A DNA stretch of 64,000 nucleotides, taken from contig VJWM01000117.1 of assembly GCA_010909165.1 (NCBI GenBank), forward strand, positions 496,001 through 560,000. The letters are read 5' to 3'. The DNA comes from Anthoceros angustus (taxonomy: Eukaryota; Plantae; Anthocerotophyta). The notes below the pieces were generated by a model. It was not told where the DNA came from. It did no database searches and worked only from the letters and a program-made list of their open reading frames with translations. Within the stretch, counting starts at the first letter, position 1, and every line of letters starts with the position of its first letter. This document shows positions 52,313 to 64,000 of this stretch, piece after piece. The position numbers were made by a program, and so were the translations under genes.

Positions 52313-54568
52313 TCAAGGGCGATCCTTACAACTGCAAAACCCAGCTGCAAATCTGTGCACGCGGTACGCATCTCTTACAACGATGTCTCTCTTTTCAATC
52401 CTTGACAATATCTTGGTGGAGCTGTGGCAGTCACTGCACATTCGTAAATTCTTTGTTACCAGCAGAGGTGTGCCACTTGGAGTGTTCAACAGACCAAACG
52501 CCAGAGCCAGCTTCTCAGCATGCCCACAAAGCTCATCCTGCTTTGCTTTCTCAGACAGCGGCTTCATCACCAACTTTGTGTGCGGTATGTGGCCCCCCTC
52601 CTCCTTCAGACGAGCATTTGTGGTCTCTACCTTGAACGAAATATCATCACGAATTTCTCCTACCACAAAGGTATGTACCTGCTTGTTTACCTCAATGCCA
52701 GCGACCGCAGGTTTCTTCTTAGCTCCTGCTGACTTTCTCATCGTTTCAATCCTCTGTACATCTGTCCATCTTCCTGCATCTGCAAACATGTTTGCCACTT
52801 GCACATAGGCAGAAGCATGCCGAGGGTCCAGTCTAACAAGGCTTTGAAAGCACCGTGCTGCTCTGTCTACGTCTCCATGACTTCTGCAGGCATTCAGCAA
52901 CGACGTCAGCCCGACCACATCATTTCGGCTCTCACATGATAACAGCATCCTCTCGGCATCTTCCAGAAGCCCTGCTCGCCCGAGGAGGTCAATCATGCCA
53001 TTGTAATGCTCAATAGTGGGCTTCACGCCGTGCTGTTCAGTCATGGCATAGAAGTGCTTACGACCCTCATTTACCAGTCCCTCGTGACTGCACGCTCCTA
53101 GAAGGCAAGTGAAGGTGACATCATCGGGCTGAATACCAGCAAGTAACATCTCCTCAAAGCAAGCTAATGCTTCGTGGCCTTCATCACAAGCACCACACCC
53201 AGCTATCAGGACATTCCATGTAACCACATCCTTGGAGGCCAGCTTGTCAAAAACTCTGCGTGCATCTTCCAGTTCTCCGCACTTGGCATACATGTCCACC
53301 AGGCAGGTGCCTACCACAATGTTACCTTCTAGCTGTCCAGTTTCCAAAATGTGTGAATGCAGTTGCCTGCCCACCTGTAGGGCACCAGCGCTTGCACAGG
53401 CCTTGAGAAGGCAAGCAAATGTAACGACGTCAGCCAGAACCAAGCCCTCCTGTTCCATTTGAACATACAGAGAAAGGGCCTCTTCACCAAGCCCATGCGT
53501 CGCATACCCAGCTATGAGGGCCGTCCATGTCACCACGTCCTTTTGGGTCAGACCGTCGAAAACTCTGCGTGCATCTTCCATCTCCCCACACTTAACATAC
53601 ATGTCCACCAGGCAGGTGCAAACAAACGAGTCAGGATGAACGCAACTCTGCAACACATCAGTGTGCACCTGCCTGCCAGATTCCAGGTCGGCGGCAAATG
53701 CACAAGCTTGCAGGGCAGCTGCAAATATGTGATCATTCGCCTTCATGCCTGAGCGACGCATCTCACGGTACAGCTGTATAGCCTCATTCGGTTTCCCATG
53801 TTTAGCATGGGCAGAGATGATAGAAAACCACATGAAGGCATTTGGTTTGCGAACCCTGGTGAACACATCCATGGCCTCCTGCAACCTACCTCGACTTGCA
53901 TACATGCGCAAGATATGGTTCCCTAAGAATGCATTACGATCGTAACCAAGCTTGACAGTGAGATCATGAACTCGACGCCCCACAGCCAGGTTCTTCTCAG
54001 CCACACATCTTTTGAGGACACTGTACAGAAGAGAAGTGGGCACACCACCTTCCTCTTGTACCTGAACAGTCAAAGCATCAACAGCTTGTGTTAGCTCTCC
54101 CTCGTCACACAGCTTGCTCACGCTGCACTGCAGCAGGTCAGTCTTACCACCACGACCCATTTGCATTACGTCCAGAGCAGCCAGCTGCTCATCCACCCAA
54201 GCTGGCTTGTACAGGTTGTTCAACCAGACCACATCGCCGGACCCCTTGTGCCGGAAGTCAGGCGACCGGTAGCTCTTCCTATCCCGCCTGTTATCCCACC
54301 ACAGGGTAGGGTCCAGAAAAAACTGTCGCCACAAGCGCTCCTGCTCCTGCTCCTGGCCACGACCCTCGCTGCACAATTCTTCCCCACCCGTACATTCTAT
54401 CAAACGTGCTGGGCTCCTGGCGACACAGCTGCACCTCCAGGCTTCACTGTTTGACAGCCGCCGAAACCTCACAGTCAGCTGTCCGCTGGCACTTCCTAGA
54501 TCAATGCTTGTCAACCCACCACCGACTTGTTGGGTCCACACCGGATCCTGCTGCCATACCGTTGCCAT
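52313..54568 (-). CDS. PLS-class PPR RNA-editing factor, E1-E2-DYW:KP type, with an N-terminal OSB-like PDF motif
   Basis: Intact intronless ORF (first in-frame ATG 54568); 11 PPR motifs L-S-P-L-S-P-L-S-P2-L2-S2; E1/E2; KKKPAVAGIEV in place of the PG box; deaminase HAEKLA...CSDCH; ends CSCKDRP. Confidence 0.95.
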   Translation of the reverse strand: MATVWQQDPVWTQQVGGGLTSIDLGSASGQLTVRFRRLSNSEAWRCSCVARSPARLIECTGGEELCSEGRGQEQEQERLWRQFFLDPTLWWDNRRDRKSYRSPDFRHKGSGDVVWLNNLYKPAWVDEQLAALDVMQMGRGGKTDLLQCSVSKLCDEGELTQAVDALTVQVQEEGGVPTSLLYSVLKRCVAEKNLAVGRRVHDLTVKLGYDRNAFLGNHILRMYASRGRLQEAMDVFTRVRKPNAFMWFSIISAHAKHGKPNEAIQLYREMRRSGMKANDHIFAAALQACAFAADLESGRQVHTDVLQSCVHPDSFVCTCLVDMYVKCGEMEDARRVFDGLTQKDVVTWTALIAGYATHGLGEEALSLYVQMEQEGLVLADVVTFACLLKACASAGALQVGRQLHSHILETGQLEGNIVVGTCLVDMYAKCGELEDARRVFDKLASKDVVTWNVLIAGCGACDEGHEALACFEEMLLAGIQPDDVTFTCLLGACSHEGLVNEGRKHFYAMTEQHGVKPTIEHYNGMIDLLGRAGLLEDAERMLLSCESRNDVVGLTSLLNACRSHGDVDRAARCFQSLVRLDPRHASAYVQVANMFADAGRWTDVQRIETMRKSAGAKKKPAVAGIEVNKQVHTFVVGEIRDDISFKVETTNARLKEEGGHIPHTKLVMKPLSEKAKQDELCGHAEKLALAFGLLNTPSGTPLLVTKNLRMCSDCHSSTKILSRIEKRDIVVRDAYRVHRFAAGFCSCKDRP

Positions 54569-54919
54569 ACTTCTACAAGGCAAAACCTTCACATGGCACG
54601 AGACTTCCTTCCAATCGATGCAGTCTGCCTGTGTGGTACCACACTAAGATGCATTTCTAACATGGTCCACCATCTTCTTTGTCATCAGCTGATGGAAGAG
54701 TTGCCCGACCACCTTCTCGCCTGCGGACACGACTCTCATTCTCCTGCCAGTGCCTGCTACAGCACAGATTTTTTTTTTTCGGTTATTTACTCGTAGTATT
54801 TATTTGTCTAAAGTTCGCTTGGACATTCCCATACTGGGATGGGACTGAGTCTCCTAAGCCCATTCAACGGGCCGTTGTTGGGTTCTTGTTGTTGACTGAC
54901 GGCTGGAATGGTGAGCAAA

Positions 54920-56100
54920 CTGTGTCGGGAGAGGCAGCTCAGTGAGGCTGATGAGGATCTGGAACTTCTGGTACAGACAGACTGTCCGCTTCTACGGTCG
55001 AGTGCAAGTTGGATACGTCCTTGTGCAACCACATACTGCGAAACTATGCTTCTCATGCCAGGTTGAAAGAATCACATGGGATGGATGTGTTCAATCAGAT
55101 TCCTTCACTTGGTCTGCCATTATTTCCGGGCATATTAAACATGGGCAAGATAAGCAGGGCATACAGCTGTACGATCAGATTCGCAGGTCTGGTGTGAAAC
55201 CAGATAGCCATGTGGTAATAGCAGCTCTGCAGGCTTGTGCAAGGAGGAATGACTCGAAGACAGGGCAGCAGGTGCACGCTCATGTGCTGGCCAACGGCAT
55301 TGAGCCCGTTCTATTTGTTTGCAGTGCCTTGGTGGACGTGTGTGCAAAGTGTTGCAGTGTGGAAGATGCTCAGAGTGTGTTTGACAGACTCTATAGAAAA
55401 GATGTGGGGAATGTCATGATAGGAGGATACTCCCCGCAAGGCATAAGTCAGGGGGTCCCTTCGTCCTTACAGTGTTGTGCAACAAGAAGGAATAGCTGCA
55501 CCTGCTTCTGCGACATATGTGTGCTTCCTGCAGGCATGTTCAACCAACCCAGCTTTTGAGAAGGGCAGGTCTAGGCAAAGTGTGGCAGCCTAGAGGACGT
55601 CCAGGGTGTGTTGGTCAGTCATGGTCAATCCTACTAACAGGGCATGCGTCATGAAGCACTTCAGCTTCACAGAGCTATGCAAGACGAAGGCATCGCTGCG
55701 CCTGATTTGGTGACAGTTGTGTGCCTCCTGCAGGCATGTGCAAAATGTGGAAGTTTCAGCTTTGGAAGAGGGGAAGCAGCTTCATACACAGGTCAAACAG
55801 AGAGGGCTTGAAGCAGATCTCCTGAAGGCATGCTCAGATGTCGCAGCTCTGTACCTGGAAAGGCAGTTTCAATTCACGGATTGCAAAACATGGGCTTCAA
55901 GCTGACGTGCTTGTAGCAATTAGTTTGATAAACATATATGCAAGGTGCGGGAGCATGGTAGAGGCCACGTGGATGAGGCAGTAACTCTGGTAACGACAAT
56001 GCCTGTACCGCCTCATGCTGCAGTTTGGCCCACTCTTGTGGGTGCCTGTCGAAATCAGAGCAATGTGGAGGTGGGATAGCATGCATATGCAAAGTTGGAG
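54920..56100 (+). pseudogene. PLS-class PPR pseudogene divergent from the intact PPR
   Basis: DTSLCNHILRNYASHARLKE; FTWSAIISGHIKHG..QGIQLYDQIRRSGVKPD; FVCSALVDVCAKC; frameshifts, stops and deletions; E-like remnant near 56030-56100. Confidence 0.85.
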
Positions 56101-56294
56101 GACCTTGTTTGTGAAATGAACAAAAGATGGGATGTTCCATATCTGCACCCATCATCATCGAGGGACATAACTCCTGATGAAAAGAGCTCATTTGTCGTCC
56201 CAAACGACACTACAAGATGCACATTCCAAAGCACCACAAACATCCTGAGTCCGAGCTCTAGAATAGGTTTGAGAAGTTGCTGAATGCATAACAG

Positions 56295-57354
56295 CTAAGG
56301 ATCTATCATTTCCAACTTAGAAGGATAACCCCTTGGCCCATTTATGGTAGACAATTCAGGATTGGGCTCATTCAAGTATTTGGTAGGGTAATTTGTGAAA
56401 AATGCATATTGATATGTGAGGCTGGGAATAGATGGCAAATATAATACACGATCAACATTTAAGATCTTCTTCAACATCTTATCATTTTCAGCTATAGTAC
56501 TCAGTAAGATCTTTCCTGCAAAACCCAAGTGAGTACAAGTAAGCTAAGTGAACCTATAAAGATCTAATATTTATTAATTCAAATAATTATCTATTAATTC
56601 AAAAACAATGCCTCACCTTTGGGTTTAAGCAGCAGTAATGCTGCCTCACCATATTTCTCCCATGTATCCTTTGAAATATAAGGTGGGTCGATTACTACAT
56701 AATCATATTGATGTAAATGTGAAGATGGAAGTTCATCTGGTTCATTGAAATCCCATTTCACAAATCCAGGGAAACCCTTCCATCTCTCGTCGATCTATTA
56801 CAGCCACATGAAGAACATGGTGTTATCTCAGCAATAGCAAAAACATGAATTGAGATGATTTACTCAGAGGTCAAAGATTGTACTTACATCAAAAAAGTGA
56901 CTCTTGTCTTTTAAGGCTTTCTTTTCTAAAGAAAAGTACACACTTGGAACAGATAAGAATGCTGCTTTGGTTGCTAGTTCTTCAATCTCCTAACAACCCT
57001 CCAAGATACCCCATTCACAATACAAAACTGATTTATGTCTCATGAAAGTAAAAAATGACTTGTTTGATTTGATATGACTAATAAAGATAGAGTGCTCAAC
57101 ACCATTAAAGGTAGATACAATTCATCATCAAGCAATTGCTGAAGAACAACTATAAAATAAGTAAGACAAACCTTGCGCATCATAGCTGTAGTCTCTGCAG
57201 AATACCAGTATTGGTTGTAGTCCCATAGCTCGGGCCATTTGTGTGTAAAAATGGTATGACCGATGTGCTTTTCAGTCACCTTGCCTGCCAAATTCCAGTT
57301 CTTCTTTTTGATGATGCATGATACATAATCTTTCTGCTCTTGAGTAAATTCCAT
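56295..57354 (-). CDS. EEF1AKMT1/N6AMT2 (Efm5)-family methyltransferase, 4 coding exons
   Basis: Spliced reading: E.WDYNQYWYSAET / AAFLSVPSVYFSL / IDERW...FVKWDFNEP...YDYVVIDPPYI / GKILLSTIAEN...PSIPSLTYQYAFFTNY; canonical GT-AG introns. Confidence 0.8.
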
Positions 57355-57788
57355 CCCGTCACCACACCAACTGGGGTGACTAGAGCGAGTATGTATTATC
57401 TTGAAACGAGCACCCTGGAAGAAAAGGACGAAACCAGGGCCAATAGGAGACAATTAGAAGTCCAGCCACTGTTAGGGTTCAAGGAGAGACGAAGGGGAAA
57501 AGCAGGCAAGCCATTATGCCAGCCATCCACGCTGGAAATTCGCAAGGAGATGGCACATAGCCATGAGACTGGCCTCAATCTTATGTGTATTTGATTCAGT
57601 GTGACAGATACCACGGCCCTTCCAATGGAGACTGCAACTGCTGTCCTCAAATTGCGCAGGTCTGTGCAGATTGATGCACACCGGCCTTGTCATGCAAGGA
57701 CTGGCTGCACCCTTATGGACTGACGACTGACGAACAGTGGCGGGGGAAACTTCTTTCCTACGTTTTCGTGAGGAGGGATCTTGGAGAG

Positions 57789-60700
57789 ATGGAGGCAGAG
57801 CGGAGGAAGTCGTTGTCAGGGGAGATGGAGAGGCAAAGTGGCATCATGGAGTTGAAAGACCTCAGGAGAAGGATGTCACAAGTGAAAGAAGAGGACAAGA
57901 AGTTTTATGCGCCCCTTGGGCCCACGGAGACTTTGTATCTGCCAACCAGGCATTTGTACGTGAAGGCACTGAATTATCCCACCAAGTTCCTGAGGAGGAT
58001 GCAGCTGGGCATCGAATGCCCCACTTACTTAGAGTGGCGGCACTGGTACCCTGGAGAAAAGAACAGGAAAAGTTTTGTGATTAAGAACGTGGGCAGGCGG
58101 ACGCTGGTATTGCTAACACCTTTGAAGAGGCTCGCACTGTCCATATTTTGTGCCTTCATGACTATTTGTGTAACAGCGGGGGCGGGGGGCGGTGTTGTGA
58201 AATGATCAACAGACCTTTCAGTGGAAGCCTCCTGCATCGCCACACTTTCTCATGGAGTTCAAGGAGCCTGCCAGGCTGAGCCCAGGAACTAGTGCAACGA
58301 TGGACATTGTTTTCAGGCCTACCCAGCTCGTGAACTATAGGAGCAGTGTAGAGTTTGTTACGGCAAAGGTAATGATCTGTGCTGGAAGCATGTTGAGGCG
58401 TGCAGGTTGGTTTCGGGCTTTGATATGAGTACTGGTCAGAGTTGTAGAAACTCCTCTGAGGTTGGTCGTTTTGGCAGTGGAAGTGGACTCTTATACTGAA
58501 GGGTTCGCTTCCCCAAATTGACCTCGGCTTCCCAAAGGCTTTCGACTTTGGCTACTGCACTGTGAATGAGTTTACAGACAAGAAATATCAAGTTACCAAC
58601 AATGGGGACGTGCCTGTGGCCTATCAGTGGAATGTGAGGCTTCCGTTTCATATGATTCCAGAGGCTGGAACTATACTGCCCAAAGACTCTGCCACTCTGG
58701 TTTGCAGATTTAACCCAAAGGATGCCTCTGCGTACGTCTCCAAGGTTAACACCAACTGTCAGCTCCACCAGGATACTTCAGTATTTGATGCTTCTATCTG
58801 TAATTGTTGCAACATCCCACTTTCATGGCGGTCAATCATGTCTCTCGTCTTGATACCTGCAGACTTGCGATCTACTTGATGGATTCAGCAAATACTGAAC
58901 ATTGTATCTCACTTAGAATTCATCATCCAGGCATTTGTCACAACATCAGTGGGCTCAACAACAGAGGTGAGGATGACAGGGATTGGAAAATTTCCCGTTC
59001 TCTCGCTCTCACCAGGTGCCCTCGTCTTTGGACACGTGCTTGTTAACTCATCCAAGGACATGCAAATGGTGGTCACAAATACATCTATTGTTCCTGCAAT
59101 GTTCTGGGTTCGTAGAGCTGAAAATGATGAGCATTTTGGTGCTAGCTCTGTGTTCTCTGTACATCCAACTGAGGGAACCATTGGGCCAACTTCATGCATT
59201 ACCCTCAAGGTGTGTTAAACAGGCATTGATCAGCCCTTATACTTTTACTTTTTCGCTCTCTCTTTGACAAGAAGCATGTGGATGAAGACCATTCATTTTC
59301 AAGAAGCCAGTAGTTGTATTTGACTTATATGGCCTTCGTGGGTCTCCGCAGGTATGTTACACTCCTGTATGTGCCGGCACCTTCTCCCTAGAGCAATTTG
59401 AGATTGTTGTTAATACAACTAGTCGTGTTTGTTTCTCCTGCTCGGGCACTGCTGCTCGACCTGCCGTGATGATTTCCACGTTTTCCATGGATTTTGGCAG
59501 CTTGGAGCTCGGGGATACTGTTGCACGTGCTATCACATTGGACAATCAATCAGATGTGCCTGTTAACTTCCAATTTGTACCAGAGGGTGGTGTGGTCTTT
59601 GAGTTTGTTAGTGACAGGGGCACTATCCGTGCAAAGCGACCTACCACAGTCACAATACACTTCAAACCAATCGAGGCTAGGAACTATTACCAGCGAGTCT
59701 TCTGTGTGGTCCAGGACAACTACCCACTTTACTGTGACTTTATTGGAACCTGCTTCAAAGAAACATTGAGGCAGCCAACACTTATGCAATACCATGTTGA
59801 TCAGCACAGAGCCTATGTGAAGACGGCCATAGCTCATCAGCTTGAGGCTATCCAGTTTGAGGATCAGGATAAAGATGACTTTGTTGAAACCACACATGCG
59901 CCTAAAAAACCCCGACCTGTGGCACGTGTGAGTTGGGGCAATTTCTGTAGCCTTGGCACTGACTTGATCAACGTTGGGCATGCATTGATCTTGCCACATA
60001 TAAAAAGGGTTGATATCACAGAGGATGACGGAATGAGGCAAGTGAAGGTAGCCTTGGATTTAGAAAGGAAGTCGACCATAAGCTTCAGGGACATTGGTCC
60101 TCGATGCTCCAATACATATGTGCAAAACGTGCTGGAACCCTCCAAAAAAGTTCGTCAGAACAGTTATGTATTGACAGATGAAATGCCAGGTCCTGGTGAC
60201 TTTGCCTCTCTTGATACAAATATCATACTTGGCAATAACAAAGGCCTTGTATTGAAGCACAAGCAAATTCATCTTGGGAAAGAGGACTCTGCACAGGCAG
60301 TGTGGGAAGAGCTCTTTCTTGGGAGGATGGTGGACTGGGAGCCAGTGACAATTGACGTGTCACACTTGGACTTTGGAGCTGGATCATCCGGGGAAATGTC
60401 GGAAGTGAAGCACATCACTTTGACCAATAATTCTGACACTCTGTTGACTTGTCTTTGGCTCGTGGAGACACCTCCAGAGGATATACCACCGAGAATAAAG
60501 CAGTACCCTGTGATCAAAGTCTATGGTGCTCCAGTTCAAGCTAAACCAGAAGAAAATGATCCTGTCTTTCAAGTTTTTCCTCGCCGAGTTGACATACCTA
60601 TGGGTGCCGCATTCACATTCAGTGCTACTTTTGCACCAATAGATACGAATGCTTATTATTCACAGCTGTTGACCGTCTTAGTGTATGATAACTGTGATCT

Positions 60701-63700
60701 GGGTGCCAAGCAGTGTGCAATTTCACCACCTTGGTCAGGAGCTGTGCAAGCTTCTGGGCACAGCTTTCATTTCAGGTCACAAGAGTTTGTACCTTTGGGT
60801 GTCAGCTTTCATCCCGAGCATATCTTCTTCCGAGCTGTGCTGATTAGCCATCCTGTGTACCAGAATACAACACTATACAACAAAGCCAAAACTCCTCTGA
60901 GGTACTAGTAATTATGATATGCTAGTGCCCCTCCACGATCTGCTTCGTGTATATGGCTGACGATACCGGTGTTTGAAATGCATTGGACGACTTCTGTGAC
61001 CTTTTAGAAGATTTGTTGCAAGATGGTCAGATAGTGATAATCCCTCTAGGCTTACGGAGGTTGGTGGGCTGGGTGCTCTCAGATTTGCGTTCAACTGCGA
61101 TGAACTTCTTCCAGAGTTTTCCCTGGTCCCCAGTGAAGGCGTCATTCCAGGAGAGAGTCTGCGGATAATAACTTTCAAATTCGAGTCAAAGACAGCAAAG
61201 GTTTACAAAAACAAGGTGACGTGCATTTTCAACAATGCCGTACGGGACTTTCTGGTGGTGTCTCTCACCGCAAGCACCCATTTGCCTAAGGTGTTTCACT
61301 CAAAACAATCAAATTTCCATTTCGGCATGCCATCATTCACCTTGACTGCCTCAAAAAAACGCTGACGTTTGCAGAAAACCTGAATTTTGTATATCAATCT
61401 GATATGTGGAAGCCTGATGAAATGGCCAGGTGAAGGTTGAAGATGACTCTTGCATGTGCTTCAAACCAACGAGTATTGGAACCAGAGTTCTTCAAACATT
61501 TGTCATGTATAACACTTCTGGGATTCCTTCTCAATATCAGTGGGACATTCCTCCCAAGTACAAAGACATCTTTGCTATGGACAATCCTTCAGGGTTGATC
61601 CGCGGGAAAGAAAAGATATATCTGAACTGCTCTTTTCTCCGCGCAAGAAGAAACACTACACATGTAACATCTCATGTCTTACAGCAGCATGCAGAGAAAG
61701 CGTACTATTCGAACAATGCCATAGCTCTGCAAACCATGCCAAGCACTGAGTATTTTGACACCATCAAACTGGTAGCCCACGGAGAAGGGATTGTGGACAC
61801 AATACGAATCCGACCCGAGGTCGTGGATCTCGGGATCATCGTGGTGGGGATTGAAAAGAAGGTAACAGTGAGTCTTTACAACCCCAGTGAAGGAGGCCTC
61901 CAGTATGAGCTGAAATTGAGAAGCCCTGAGGACGAGTCCATACAGAATCTAGTGTGCATTATTTTTGACACTCCAAGCGCCTTCATTCCTGCCAGATCCT
62001 TTCAACCTGTGGTCATCACAGTGAAAACCATCGAACCAGTCACCTTCTCCCTAGAAGTGGTCTGCACGGCATCCTTTCCAGACTCCTATGAAATTCTACC
62101 TGCAGTCCCAGGGATTCCTCGCATTGAAAGGAACTATGAAGCCCAAACTGATTCAGTTGACTTTGACTCTTGCTTCTCCGTTGATGCCATTGCGAGTACC
62201 CTGTGATCAAAGTCTATGGTGCTCCAGTTCAAGCTAAACCAGAAGAAAATGATCCTGTCTTTCAAGTTTTCCTCGCCGAGTTGACATACCTATGGGTGCC
62301 GCATTCACATTCAGTGCTACTTTTGCACCAATAGATACGAATGCTTATTATTCACAGCTGTTGACCGTCTTAGTGTATGATAACTGTGATCTGGGTGCCA
62401 AGCAGTGTGCAATTTCACCACCTTGGTCAGGAGCTGTGCAAGCTTCTGGGCACAGCTTTCATTTCAGGTCACAAGAGTTTGTACCTTTGGGTGTCAGCTT
62501 TCATCCCGAGCATATCTTCTTCCGAGCTGTGCTGATTAGCCATCCTGTGTACCAGAATACAACACTATACAACAAAGCCAAAACTCCTCTGAGGTACTAG
62601 TAATTATGATATGCTAGTGCCCCTCCACGATCTGCTTCGTGTATATGGCTGACGATACCGGTGTTTGAAATGCATTGGACGACTTCTGTGACCTTTTAGA
62701 AGATTTGTTGCAAGATGGTCAGATAGTGATAATCCCTCTAGGCTTACGGAGGTTGGTGGGCTGGGTGCTCTCAGATTTGCGTTCAACTGCGATGAACTTC
62801 TTCCAGAGTTTTCCTGGTCCCCAGTGAAGGCGTCATTCCAGGAGAGAGTCTGCGGATAATAACTTTCAAATTCGAGTCAAAGACAGCAAAGGTTTACAAA
62901 AACAAGGTGACGTGCATTTTCAACAATGCCGCAGGGACTTTCTGGTGGTGTCTCTCACCGCAAGCACCCATTTGCCTAAGGTGTTTCACTCAAAACAATC
63001 AAATTTCCATTTCGGCATGCCATCATTCACCTTGACTGCCTCAAAAAACGCTGACGTTTGCAGAAAACCTGAATTTTGTATATCAATCTGATATGTGGAA
63101 GCCTGATGAAATGGCCAGGTGAAGGTTGAAGATGACTCTTGCATGTGCTTCAAACCAACGAGTATTGGAACCAGAGTTCTTCAAACATTTGTCATGTATA
63201 ACACTTCTGGGATTCCTTCTCAATATCAGTGGGACATTCCTCCCAAGTACAAAGACATCTTTGCTATGGACAATCCTTCGGGGTTGATCCGCGGGAAAGA
63301 AAAGATATATCTGAACTGCTCTTTTTCTCCGCGCAAGAAGAAACACTACACATGTAACATCTCATGTCTTACAGCAGCATGCACAGAGAAAGCGTACTAT
63401 TCGAACAATGCCATAGCTCTGCAAACCATGCCAAGCACTGAGTATTTTGACACCATCAAACTGGTAGCCCACGGAGAAGGGATTGTGGACACAATACGAA
63501 TCCGACCCGAGGTCGTGGATCTCGGGATCATCGTGGTGGGGATTGAAAAGAAGGTAACAGTGAGTCTTTACAACCCCAGTGAAGGAGGCCTCCAGTATGA
63601 GCTGAAATTGAGAAGCCCTGAGGACGAGTCCATACAGAATCTAGTGTGCATTATTTTTGACACTCCAAGCGCCTTCATTCCTGCCAGATCCTTTCAACCT

Positions 63701-64000
63701 GTGGTCATCACAGTGAAAACCATCGAACCAGTCACCTTCTCCCTAGAAGTGGTCTGCACGGCATCCTTTCCAGACTCCTATGAAATTCTACCTGCAGTCC
63801 CAGGGATTCCTCGCATTGAAAGGAACTATGAAGCCCAAACTGATTCAGTTGACTTTGACTCTTGCTTCTCCGTTGATGCCATTGCGAGGTACCCTGCACT
63901 TAAGATCGTAGGTGTGAAAAGTGAGGACATGAGCGGGGCTCAGCTATGGAGAGAGATCCGAGTCAGCACCTTGAATCACATCTTGTCGACGGACAAAGTG
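57789..64000 (+). CDS. CFAP65: Cilia- and flagella-associated protein 65 (ASH/Ig-like repeats); runs off the window end
   Basis: GIECPTYLEWRHWYPGE..KSFVIKNV; LSPGTSATMDIVFRP; repeated ASH-type units (MDFGSL..ITLDNQSDVPVNFQF; F.P....YYQRVFC; FKPTSIG...MYNTSGIP.QYQW). The start is approximate, and a 1.7-kb internal duplication interrupts the gene. Confidence 0.8.
60503..63896. repeat. ~1.69-kb tandem duplication inside CFAP65
   Basis: gtaccctgtgatcaaagtc at 60503 and 62196; both units end gatgccattgcgag(g)taccctg; the copies differ mainly by homopolymer indels. Confidence 0.92.

Overview
Eukaryotic nuclear DNA from a non-seed land plant with a compact genome. Short GT-AG introns, a CFAP65 axonemal gene and DYW:KP-type PPR editing factors fit a hornwort such as Anthoceros best; a lycophyte or fern is not excluded. 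The left half (1-34.1 kb) is a rearranged accessory region built from a segmental duplication (about 1-11.5 kb versus about 21.2-34.1 kb). Each copy carries an apparently intronless TORNADO1-like LRR-Roc-COR (ROCO) gene. Their LRRs are near-identical except in short xxLxLxx windows, which differ sharply between repeat copies, an immune-receptor-like pattern. Mixed in are gene fragments (serine carboxypeptidase, PPR-DYW, VPS8-like, extra ROCO pieces), a long inverted-repeat element and a GC-rich foldback. The right half is ordinary gene space: MAP2, a SIN3-like gene, a scrambled Copia remnant, a DUF538 gene with a premature stop, an intact PLS-E-DYW:KP PPR with an OSB-type PDF motif at its N-terminus, a PPR pseudogene, an EEF1AKMT1/N6AMT2-like methyltransferase and CFAP65. 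Tandem duplications with short microhomology junctions recur across the window. Many 1-3 nt indels, often in homopolymers, suggest a noisy long-read consensus, so frameshift-based pseudogene calls and some duplications may be assembly artefacts.
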